Of a stretch of 64,000 nucleotides of DNA, positions 1 to 8,109 are shown one piece after another. The number at the start of each line of letters is the position of its first letter. Within the stretch, counting starts at the first letter, position 1. The stretch lies in IMG/VR virus record IMGVR_UViG_2524023228_000003, positions 1-64,000 of that record, one strand, 5' to 3'. Below the pieces are notes generated by a model, which saw only the letters and a program-made list of their open reading frames with translations, was not told where the DNA came from and ran no database searches. The position numbers and the translations under genes were made by a program. Source of the stretch: a virus (Duplodnaviria > Caudoviricetes).

Positions 1-173
1 GGGCCACAGCGGTAGACCATCGAAGCACAGCTTCAGCCCCTGGAGGGTGAGCAGCTAGACTACGCCGCCAGCTATCAGAGCAAGCGCGAGGACGGCGGGA
101 ACGAGGAACAGCTCAAAAGCGAGGCTGAGCGCGATCGGACTCGGCCCCTCCGGAATGAACTGAGGAACTGAAG

Positions 174-593
174 ATGAAGAAGGTTTTGATTATCACCGCG
201 GCGCTGCTGACTGTCGGCGTCGCCCACGCCGCACCTCCTCTCCAGCAGATGCCGATCGATTTCGTCGGCGAGTGGTGCAATGGCGAGACATTCGAAGGCG
301 AGACCAACTGGAAGCTGCCGAGCTGGATCGAAGAGGACGGCGAAAAATGCACCAACATCCTGAGCGTCGACAAATACGAGTTTAGGATGGTGATCAACAA
401 GAAGTCGCTCACCTGTTCGCCCGACGCGATTCGCATGAAGTCGGATACCACCCCTTCCGGAACGGCCTATCTAGCTACCATCGATGCTCGTTGCATGACC
501 TTGAATAACGGCGTTCCGGAATCCCAGCCCGGGAAGCTTACAACGTTCGAGTTCCGCCGCTACAAGGACAACATTTATATCAAGCAGAAGTAG
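174..593 (+). CDS. Hypothetical exported protein, 139 aa
   Basis: Signal-peptide-like N-terminus MKKVLIITAALLTVGVAHA; RBS-like GAGGAA upstream. Confidence 0.7.
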   Translation: MKKVLIITAALLTVGVAHAAPPLQQMPIDFVGEWCNGETFEGETNWKLPSWIEEDGEKCTNILSVDKYEFRMVINKKSLTCSPDAIRMKSDTTPSGTAYLATIDARCMTLNNGVPESQPGKLTTFEFRRYKDNIYIKQK

Positions 594-597
594 GATT

Positions 598-1254
598 ATG
601 CCGTCACCTCGAGTCTACAACAAGCACCATGGGGACGCTCCCCTGGTGCGATCGACGTCGGCCGCGGCTCTGGCCATCGCTTCGTCATCGGCAAGGACGG
701 CGACCGTGACCAGGTCTGCAACAAGTTCGAGTGCGAGCAGCTGCCCGAGCTGATGTGTCGTCCCTCGCCGGCTGCGACCTTGTCTGCTTCTGCGCGCCGC
801 ATCGCGATCGCGGGGACTCGATCCTGCTGAAGGCGAACCATCGCGTAGTAGTCTTTGGCGGTCGGAACTATGACGATAAACGCACGCTGTATCGCGTTCT
901 CGACGCCGTCCATGCGCGCAGGAAGATCACCTGCCCTCATCATTTGAGGGGGAGATGTCGGGAGCTGATCTGCTGGCTCGCCAGTGGGCTGAGGACCGCA
1001 CATTGCGGTCGCCCCCTACCCGGCCGATTGGGACAACGTCGATCGTCCGGGAGCTGTGGTGAGAAGAAACAAACGTAGGAAGCTGTATGACGCGGCGGCG
1101 GGGGCCGTTCCGCAATGAACGGATGCTGCGTGAAGGGCGCCCGAATTGCGCCGTTGGTTTTCCGGGCGGTACTGGAACTGCTGACATGACGAAGCGGCGC
1201 CTGGCCTACGGGATCACGCCGCTGAGCGTTGACGCCGCCCTCCAGCCTTGGTGA
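598..1254 (+). pseudogene. Frameshifted DUF4326 + YspA/SLOG (DUF2493-like) fusion
   Basis: Joining frames gives MPSPRVYNKHHGDAP..GRG..FVIGKDGDRDQVC..LAGCDLVCFCAP (DUF4326-like). This is followed by RVVVFGGRNYDD..GEMSGADLLARQWA..YPADW..AGPFRNERML..FPGGTGTADM (SLOG-like). About four frame changes are needed. Confidence 0.7.
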
Positions 1255-1816
1255 TCGCCGAGATCACCCAGACGGCGGCGAAGTTCATCAGCAGGTTGAG
1301 GATCTCGCTGACGGTCGGCAATGTCACGGTGAACAGCGGGTCCGAGGCGAAGAAATTGACGATGAAGCCGGAGATGCCGGCAGCGATCAGAGCGTAGCCA
1401 CGACCGAAGGCGATCGTGATGGCGCACACCGCCAGGGTGAGCATCACGTCGATGCGAGCGGCGATCTGAAGGAAATCCATGGCATAGGCCACTGGCGCTG
1501 ATACGCCAAGCGCAGCGAGCCCGAACATCCAGTACGGCACCCGCCACTCCCCCGCAGGCGGTGGATCTGTCTCCGATGGAACGGCCTCGGGAGCGTCTTT
1601 CTCATCGACGATGTCGACAGCATCGAGGTCGATCGCACTGCTGCCGGAGAACCATGAGGGAGCGGAGCCGCGATCGAGGCCGTCCCACATCTGGTCGATA
1701 GCGCTCATCAGGCGCGACCGGCTGCGGGAGATCATCAGGCCGTCGTCGTCTTGAGACTGGCCGACAAAGGTGTCTCCGAGCTTGGAGACGTCGTAGTTTC
1801 GGTAAACGGTGGTCAT
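1214..1816 (-). CDS. Small N-terminal domain fused to a DUF4118-like (KdpD-type) transmembrane domain
   Basis: Probable start MTTVYRNY at 1816; C-terminal hydrophobic helices (LTLAVCAITIAFGRGYALIAAGISGFIVNFFASDPLFT) resemble DUF4118. Confidence 0.6.
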   Translation of the reverse strand: MTTVYRNYDVSKLGDTFVGQSQDDDGLMISRSRSRLMSAIDQMWDGLDRGSAPSWFSGSSAIDLDAVDIVDEKDAPEAVPSETDPPPAGEWRVPYWMFGLAALGVSAPVAYAMDFLQIAARIDVMLTLAVCAITIAFGRGYALIAAGISGFIVNFFASDPLFTVTLPTVSEILNLLMNFAAVWVISAITKAGGRRQRSAA

Positions 1817-1824
1817 CGAGAACC

Positions 1825-2136
1825 TCAGGCGACGGCTTGCAACGCCGCAGCAACGGGCGCGATCGGGAACGAAGGAACGACGGATATCGCTGGACGGTCG
1901 ACCACGACCATTGCTTCCGAAGCAGCGTCCACGTCGATGAGATCGGACGGACTGTGCAGCCATGCTGGCGCGGGGATCTTCCCCTCAAGCGCATTCCACA
2001 GCGTGTCGATCGCGCGAGTGACGCGCAGCACGTTCCTGGATCTGATTGTGAAGGGTTCCCCGTCAGAGGAGTCGGCTCGGTAGGCCGCCCCGTCGAAGCT
2101 GACGACGTATGAGCGGTATTCAAACGACGTTCTCAT
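1825..2136 (-). CDS. Hypothetical protein, paralogous to the N-terminus of the adjacent gene
   Basis: Shares the pattern Y-x-V..G..D..I-x-SR..R..AID-x-(L/M)W..L..AP-x-W with 1214-1816. Confidence 0.65.
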   Translation of the reverse strand: MRTSFEYRSYVVSFDGAAYRADSSDGEPFTIRSRNVLRVTRAIDTLWNALEGKIPAPAWLHSPSDLIDVDAASEAMVVVDRPAISVVPSFPIAPVAAALQAVA

Positions 2137-2388
2137 CTTTTCTTAATGCTTCTCGTTCCCGAACCCACGGCGGGTCGGCTTGTGCGGGACTGCTATTAGC
2201 ATTTGCATCCCGACGCAAGGGTACGGCGGGCCCGTTATACTACGGTAACCTTAACCCCACCCCCGTCACAAACCCCCGTGTTGGCGCGGATTTACCACAC
2301 ATTCCTCGCCCCGAGTGGCCTGGAAGAAAATGGATAGCCCCTCTTGTCACGGCCCGCCGTTTGCGTTAATGCAAATGCCATAAAGCAA

Positions 2389-3033
2389 ATGGAGAGTCGA
2401 TTGTTCCCGGGTTCCAGATCGCCCGTTAGCCCTGCATTTCCGCACGTTTCCGCGTTTCTGCGCGCGAGCGGATTGGACAGCGCTGCCGACTCACTGGCAA
2501 CCCGAGTTGCGAACTCCGGTTTCGCCGGATGGTTGAAAGGCTTCCTCGGAAACGATCCTGAACTGGACCTCGCGCGAGTCAAGCAGGCGCGCTGGGATCG
2601 CTACTTCCTCACCGTCGCTCAAGCGGTATCCACCGCGTCAAAAGACCCCAGCACTAAAGTAGGGGCTGTCATCGTTCGTCCCGACAAGACGATGGCCTCT
2701 TTCGGCTACAACGGCTTCCCCCGTGGGATCGCCGATACCGACGAGCGCTTGAACAACCGAGAGGTAAAGTACGACCTCGTTGTCCATGGCGAGATCAACG
2801 CGATCCACACGGCCCGTGAGCCGCTGCACGGCTACACCCTCTACACCTGGCCCTTCATCACCTGCAAACGCTGCTCCCTCCACGTCATCCAGGCGGGCAT
2901 CAAGCGCGTGGTCGCCCCCGAGCTGCCCGATCACCTGAAGGAGCGTTGGGCCGCTTCCGTGCGCGACGCCGGAAAACTCTATGACGAGGCCGGCGTGTCC
3001 TGGGCGTTGATCGATACGACGGAGGCGGCGTGA
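2389..3033 (+). CDS. dCMP deaminase family (cytidine/deoxycytidylate deaminase)
   Basis: WDRYFL..SKDPSTKVGAVIV..GYNGFPRG..VHGEINAI..TCKRC zinc-deaminase motifs; start placed at ATG 2389 by inference. Confidence 0.9.
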   Translation: MESRLFPGSRSPVSPAFPHVSAFLRASGLDSAADSLATRVANSGFAGWLKGFLGNDPELDLARVKQARWDRYFLTVAQAVSTASKDPSTKVGAVIVRPDKTMASFGYNGFPRGIADTDERLNNREVKYDLVVHGEINAIHTAREPLHGYTLYTWPFITCKRCSLHVIQAGIKRVVAPELPDHLKERWAASVRDAGKLYDEAGVSWALIDTTEAA

Positions 3034-3431
3034 CCTCCTGGCGCGAACCCGATCTGGCTTACGCTGCCGGCTACCTCGACGGTGAAGGGTGTTTCACGGT
3101 CGGCGATAACTGGCGGATCTTCGTGACCTGCACGAATACCTGTCGTGAGGCGATCGAGTGGCTGCGCGATGTCTTCGGTGGCACCGTTAGCGGACCAAGC
3201 AAGGTCAGCAAGGCGAACTGGCGACCGACGTTCCAGTGGAAAATCACGGCGCGGCAAGCTGCGACGTTCATCGAAGCCCTCCTTCCTTACCTCAGGGAGA
3301 AGAAGCCTCAAGCCGAGTTGCTCCTGCAGCTCCAGGCGACGATGGGCAGCGGTGGCCGCGTGCCTCCGGAAGTCTTGGCCCAGCGCCAAGCCCTCAAGGA
3401 GAAGGTCAAGGAGCTGAAGCGTGCGAATTAA
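3030..3431 (+). CDS. Free-standing single-motif LAGLIDADG homing endonuclease
   Basis: DLAYAAGYLDGEGCF motif, then FGG-x-V..W..A..F...LLPYLREKK-x-QA; GTGA overlap with the deaminase stop. Confidence 0.85.
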   Translation: MTSWREPDLAYAAGYLDGEGCFTVGDNWRIFVTCTNTCREAIEWLRDVFGGTVSGPSKVSKANWRPTFQWKITARQAATFIEALLPYLREKKPQAELLLQLQATMGSGGRVPPEVLAQRQALKEKVKELKRAN

Positions 3432-3699
3432 TGAATGGCCGCTGCCCTATGTCCGGGTGAAATGTTCGAAGTGTGACCGCGAAGGCCGCCTCAGCAAGGC
3501 AGGCCTGATCGAGCGCTTCGGACCAGATCGCGAGATGTTTGTGGTCCGCGAGAAGCTGACGGAACCATCCTGCAAGCGTCCTGACAAGAAGCAGCCCTGC
3601 CAATCGGTGCTGCCAGATGGCCTGCTGGTTCAGGCGATCATTGCGAAGAATGACGACGAGATCATCGACAAGCGGCTGACCGCTGAAGCGAAGAAGTGA
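3421..3699 (+). CDS. Hypothetical protein with CxxC zinc-ribbon-like motif
   Basis: VKCSKCDREGRL plus two later Cys residues; overlaps both neighbours in an operon-like way. Confidence 0.7.
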   Translation: MRINEWPLPYVRVKCSKCDREGRLSKAGLIERFGPDREMFVVREKLTEPSCKRPDKKQPCQSVLPDGLLVQAIIAKNDDEIIDKRLTAEAKK

Positions 3700-4292
3700 C
3701 GAGAGGAGAAGAAGTGAAGATCGAGGCACACGTATTGGAAGCGAGCGACAAGGGCGACAAGTTGCTGGTCCAGGCGCAGGGGCGCGCAGTGGGCGCGGCC
3801 GAATGGCAGCCGTGGATGTCGATCGCCGTCAACGTTCCGATGACTGACCGGAACAAGCGAGCCTTCTACGTAGGCCGCGAGATCGAAATCACCGTCAAAC
3901 CCCGCTGAGGACACCATGAACAAGCGCGAGATCGAAGCCCTGCAGGATGCAGCAACCCGTCCGGGTGGCTGGGGCCTGTTCAAGCAGAAGTCCACCACGA
4001 AGCTGGCCGAGCTGGGCTACTTCGTGAAGGAGAAGCACCCGTCGTACGGCAACCAATTCCGCATCACTGATGCCGGCCGCGCCGCGCTCGCAGCCGCGGA
4101 GGCGAAGTGATGGTGGCGGTCCCGGACAATGAGCCCTGGCACGACTCTGAGCGCTACAAGGCGGGCAAGCTGACGAGCTGCGCCGGCTGCGGCAAGTCGT
4201 GCCGCAAAACCCACTGGGGACCTTGGTGCTACGGCTGCAACGTCGAGCGCATCGAGCGGATCAACAAGACCTTCGCCGACCTGATGAAGTAA
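3696..4292 (+). CDS. Three small coupled hypothetical phage ORFs (3696-3908, 3916-4110, 4107-4292)
   Basis: GTGA overlaps or short gaps, with RBS-like GAGGA; the last ORF has CxxC..CxxC. Confidence 0.65.
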
Positions 4293-4334
4293 TCGCCACC
4301 AGCATCGACGGGATACGCGTGCCCGGACGTTTGC

Positions 4335-4982
4335 ATGAGTGCAAAAGAAACAATGCAGATCAGACCCTTCCCCATTTTGCCGGCGCCGACGTTCAACCTC
4401 GCACCGCTGAAGGAGCATCACTACGGGCTCGCAAAGAGCGACCCACCGTGGGCGTTCAAGACCTACTCGTCCAAGGGCAAAGGCAAGTCGGCCGAGCAGC
4501 ACTACGACACGATGACACTCGAAGACATCTTCGAGCTGGACATCGATCGCCTCGCTCATCGCGACGGCATGTGGGTTTGGCTCTACGCCACCGCGCCGAT
4601 GTACGACCAAGCTCGTGCCTGCTTCGACAGGTGGAGCGTCACCTACGTCACCCAGGGCGTCTGGGTGAAGATGGTCAAGGACGGCAGCAAGCCGACCTTC
4701 GGCACGGGCTACGCGCTGCGCAACTGCCATGAGCCCTTCCTGATCGGGAAGATCGGCAAGCCTAAGATCCACGCACGCGACATCCGCTCTGCAATCCTCG
4801 AACCCCGCCGCGAGCACTCACGCAAGCCTGAGCAAGGCTACGTCGAGGCCGCGAAGATGGCTGGGCCTTATCCGAAGGCCGACATCTTCGCCCGCGTGCA
4901 GCGGCCCGGATGGGACGCCTGGGGCAACGAGATCAACAAGTTCGCCAACGACAACCAACCAGCCGCGGAGATTGCAGCATGA
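4335..4982 (+). CDS. MT-A70 family adenine methyltransferase
   Basis: SDPPW catalytic motif, AEQHYDTMTLEDI, FGTGYALRNCHEPFLIG, RREHSRKPE, DIFAR..PGWDAWGNE. Confidence 0.9.
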   Translation: MSAKETMQIRPFPILPAPTFNLAPLKEHHYGLAKSDPPWAFKTYSSKGKGKSAEQHYDTMTLEDIFELDIDRLAHRDGMWVWLYATAPMYDQARACFDRWSVTYVTQGVWVKMVKDGSKPTFGTGYALRNCHEPFLIGKIGKPKIHARDIRSAILEPRREHSRKPEQGYVEAAKMAGPYPKADIFARVQRPGWDAWGNEINKFANDNQPAAEIAA

Positions 4983-5263
4983 CCCAGAAGATCACGAACA
5001 TCAGCATCGTCCGCGCGGGCCCCATCGCCTTCACCGCCGTGAAGAGCGAGAGCGAGGGCGCGCGGTCCAACATCAAATTCAAAATGGTCTTCGGGGACAC
5101 CGTCCTCGCAGACATGGGTGAGGAAGCCGCGCGTTTCTTCATCTCCCGGGTGCAGGAGGCATTCGCCATCGAGCGTGGCGACGAATGGACCCGCCTCCCC
5201 ACCTACGCCGCGGTCGAAGCCGACCGCCAAAAGGTCGCAGCACGCAACGCGACCTCCAACTAA
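4979..5263 (+). CDS. Hypothetical protein
   Basis: ATGA overlap with the MT-A70 stop; MTQKITNISIVRAG start. Confidence 0.6.
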   Translation: MTQKITNISIVRAGPIAFTAVKSESEGARSNIKFKMVFGDTVLADMGEEAARFFISRVQEAFAIERGDEWTRLPTYAAVEADRQKVAARNATSN

Positions 5264-5275
5264 CAGGAGTCAACC

Positions 5276-5809
5276 TTGAGAAAACTGACCACGGCGCTCG
5301 TCGGCGCCGCGATCCTCGCTGTGTCTTTTTCGGCCGCTGAGGCCCGCCCAAGGCACCACCATCGCCATCACGCGCATCATCATCGGGTAGAGCGCGTCGT
5401 CCAGGTTGAACCGCAAGAGGAGCGTGGCTTCTTCCGCGGATTCCAGACCGGCTCTCAGGACGGCTTCTCGGACAGCAGCGGCTTCGTGCAGCGCGCTCGC
5501 CAGTTCATTGGCGACACCGCTCACGAGGTCGGCGTGCGTTCGACGTTGTGGTGCTCCGCGTTCCTCCGGAAGGTGACCGAGGCTCAGGATGTCGACGACC
5601 GCGCCAGATCCTGGGAGCGACACCGCCAGATCACCCCGCAGGTCGGAGCCGTCGTGACCATGGGCCGCCGCGGTGGCGGACACGTCGGTATCGTTTCGGG
5701 CTTCACTAAGAATGGTGATCCGATCGTCATCAGCGGCAATCACGGCGGCCGCGTTGCGGAGAGCGTTTACAAGCGCAGCCGCATCCGCGCCTGGGTTTCC
5801 CCGACCTGA
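5276..5809 (+). CDS. Exported TIGR02594-like (NlpC/CHAP-fold) cysteine peptidase
   Basis: Signal peptide, His-rich linker, LWCSAF, ARSW, PQVGAVV, GGGHVGIV, ISGNH. Confidence 0.8.
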   Translation: MRKLTTALVGAAILAVSFSAAEARPRHHHRHHAHHHRVERVVQVEPQEERGFFRGFQTGSQDGFSDSSGFVQRARQFIGDTAHEVGVRSTLWCSAFLRKVTEAQDVDDRARSWERHRQITPQVGAVVTMGRRGGGHVGIVSGFTKNGDPIVISGNHGGRVAESVYKRSRIRAWVSPT

Positions 5810-6078
5810 GAGCTGATGATGCTGAAGTTCGCAACCGAGATGCTTCGGGATGGGATGATCCGCCGACAAAAAGCCTGGCCCGTCGCGCGTCAGGGCCTGC
5901 GGATCGGACGCGGTGACGCGGGTGGCGCAGATCAATCGACCTCTTGGTCATCGAGGCTGCAGCCTTAAGGGCTATCCGCGCCAACGGCTTGGCGGCAGCA
6001 TGCCGCCACGGCCTGCGGATCGGGAGTCTCCGATTTTCCGGATTGATTGCGACTCACATATTTGCTACGCGCAAGTTG

Positions 6079-6084
6079 TATAAT
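6079..6084 (+). promoter_or_regulatory. Possible -10 box for a nearly leaderless DGQHR transcript
   Basis: Perfect TATAAT 9 nt before ATG 6093; no clear -35 or Shine-Dalgarno. Confidence 0.35.
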
Positions 6085-6092
6085 TGCACGAA

Positions 6093-7235
6093 ATGGGGAT
6101 TGCGGTGGAAACGATAAGCCGTCCGGCAGCATTGGTTCGACAAGGTTCGCTCAAACTATACTCCACCTCGCTCAAGGTCAGCGATCTAAAGCGGCCAAAC
6201 TTCTACACCATTAGCAAGCTTGACCCCGCTGATGCCGGTCCAGGCTACCAGCGTCTACTGAACGACGGACGGGCTAAGAGGCTCGCGGACTATCTTATCG
6301 ACGGACAGACTGAGCACGATGCGTTTCTGCCGACGTCGATCTTTTTGGCAACAAACAAGGACATTTCGTTCGACCCAGCAACCAACACAATCACCTTCGA
6401 CGTGAGCCAGATTGGGCCGTTCAACGTTGTTGATGGTCAGCACCGAATTGCTGGACTCGTATTGGCGGCTGAGAAGAACGCCGACATGCTGGAGTTCGAG
6501 ATTCCTGTGAACATAGCTGTCAACCTCGATGAGATCAGCCAGATGTGCCATTTTCTCATCGTCAACACGACGCAGCGGTCAGTCGATAGGGCCATCGAAC
6601 AACAGATTGTCGCGCGTTTAACCAAGATGATCGGATTAGAGAAAACACCGACGATGCCGCGTTGGATACGTCGTCAGGTGGAGAAAGGAGAAGATGCGCG
6701 AGCTTTGGCCGTGGCAAATCATTTGAACGACGAGCCAAGTTCGCCTTGGTACGGCAAAATTCGCATGGCCAACGATGAAGGTGATGGCGGCACCATTAAC
6801 CAGAAGAGCTTCATAACCTCTCTAAGGCGTCACATCTTCTCCGCTAATAACCCACTTTCAAATCCAGTCTGGGATGGAAATCGGCCGCTGATCCTTTTGA
6901 ATTATTGGAAAGCGATAATCGAGCTTTTGGTAGATGGCTCAGAGACGCAGACGGTGATCTTCAAGACGAACGGCGTGGAGTTATTCCACACTGTCTCTCC
7001 GACCGTCTTTACGCATCTTGCAGCGAAATCGGACTTCAAAAAGGACACAATCAAAGCACTCTTGAAGCGGGGCTTTGGTAATCTTCCGCCGGAACACATC
7101 GGTATGTCGCATTCAGAATGGTGGCATCGCGGCGGCGCCGCATCCGGGCTCAATCGAGGCGCGATCGGCAAGCTTGCGAATGCTCTCAGCTTGGCAATGA
7201 ACGTTCAGGAGAACGCAAGCGGCGTCCAATTGTGA
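6093..7235 (+). CDS. DGQHR-domain (DndB-like, ParB/Srx superfamily) protein
   Basis: GYQRLLNDGRAKRLADYL..FLPTSIFLA..VVDGQHRIAGL..FLIVNTTQRSV; AT-richer codon usage than the phage. Confidence 0.9.
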   Translation: MGIAVETISRPAALVRQGSLKLYSTSLKVSDLKRPNFYTISKLDPADAGPGYQRLLNDGRAKRLADYLIDGQTEHDAFLPTSIFLATNKDISFDPATNTITFDVSQIGPFNVVDGQHRIAGLVLAAEKNADMLEFEIPVNIAVNLDEISQMCHFLIVNTTQRSVDRAIEQQIVARLTKMIGLEKTPTMPRWIRRQVEKGEDARALAVANHLNDEPSSPWYGKIRMANDEGDGGTINQKSFITSLRRHIFSANNPLSNPVWDGNRPLILLNYWKAIIELLVDGSETQTVIFKTNGVELFHTVSPTVFTHLAAKSDFKKDTIKALLKRGFGNLPPEHIGMSHSEWWHRGGAASGLNRGAIGKLANALSLAMNVQENASGVQL

Positions 7236-7245
7236 GATAGGCACC

Positions 7246-7587
7246 ATGCGGGCAGAACAGTTATTCCCAAAACCGGACCAAAGGACGCGCTTCGCTTGGT
7301 CGCACCACGTAACTGTGCCCGACAAGCCAGGCTGTTACGCTCTAGTCACTTTTGGAGGAGACGTCATATACGTCGGCTTGGCTACAGGCAGCATACGGAG
7401 CCGCATGGGATCGCACTTGGATACAGAAGCGAAGCGGAAGGGAACCGATCTCGGTGTGCCGTTCTGGTTTGACTACCTTGTCGAGGACGGTGCAAAAGTT
7501 GCCGCGATAGAGCGCGGTTGGATGAATCAGTCCATACTTGCAGACGGCGAGATGCCGGCCTTAAATAAGGTGTATAGCCCAATCTAA
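7246..7587 (+). CDS. Small GIY-YIG family nuclease
   Basis: PGCYAL..IYVGLA..IRSRMGSH..IERGW..P-x-LN pattern; 10 nt downstream of the DGQHR gene. Confidence 0.8.
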   Translation: MRAEQLFPKPDQRTRFAWSHHVTVPDKPGCYALVTFGGDVIYVGLATGSIRSRMGSHLDTEAKRKGTDLGVPFWFDYLVEDGAKVAAIERGWMNQSILADGEMPALNKVYSPI

Positions 7588-7826
7588 TTTCATCATCCGC
7601 AATGCAGCTTGTACCTGCACCATGCGGCGCGTCAGTCGGTCGAAGAAGGGTATGGCAAAATAGCCTGCGAGAGGGGGCCCTATCGTGGTGGAGGCACCAA
7701 TTTGCGCCCGCGAACTCCCATACAGGGCCCGCAGTTCTTTTGCCTTCATCACAAGTCGGAGGGGCTACAGCGCGCCGACAAAGACCGGCGCTTGCATCTG
7801 ACGGATGTCGATAGATGAGTAGCGCC

Positions 7827-8105
7827 CTACCCTAACTCCTTCATGTGGTGCAGAAAATGACCGGACGTTTCTGCGCCCCCAGGTTCAATCTCGACCACTT
7901 CACCGCCCTCGGGGCGAAGGAATGACCGTAACTTGGCTCGGTCAAGCCTCCATCCAGAGGCTCGAAGACTTCTTTCCAAGGCTGTTAGGAAGGCGCGATC
8001 GGCGTTTTCATCATTCAGGTATGTGCGACGCCCTTCTTTTTCCCACTCGTCCTCGATTAACCTGTCGCCTTGTTGGACGAGGATATCATGAGTTGATACG
8101 CTCAT
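7827..8105 (-). CDS. Hypothetical acidic protein, last gene of the Dam/DGQHR operon
   Basis: ATG 4 nt after the 774-aa gene stop (MSVSTHDILV..); same AT-rich style. Confidence 0.6.
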   Translation of the reverse strand: MSVSTHDILVQQGDRLIEDEWEKEGRRTYLNDENADRAFLTALERSLRASGWRLDRAKLRSFLRPEGGEVVEIEPGGAETSGHFLHHMKELG

Positions 8106-8109
8106 TGCG

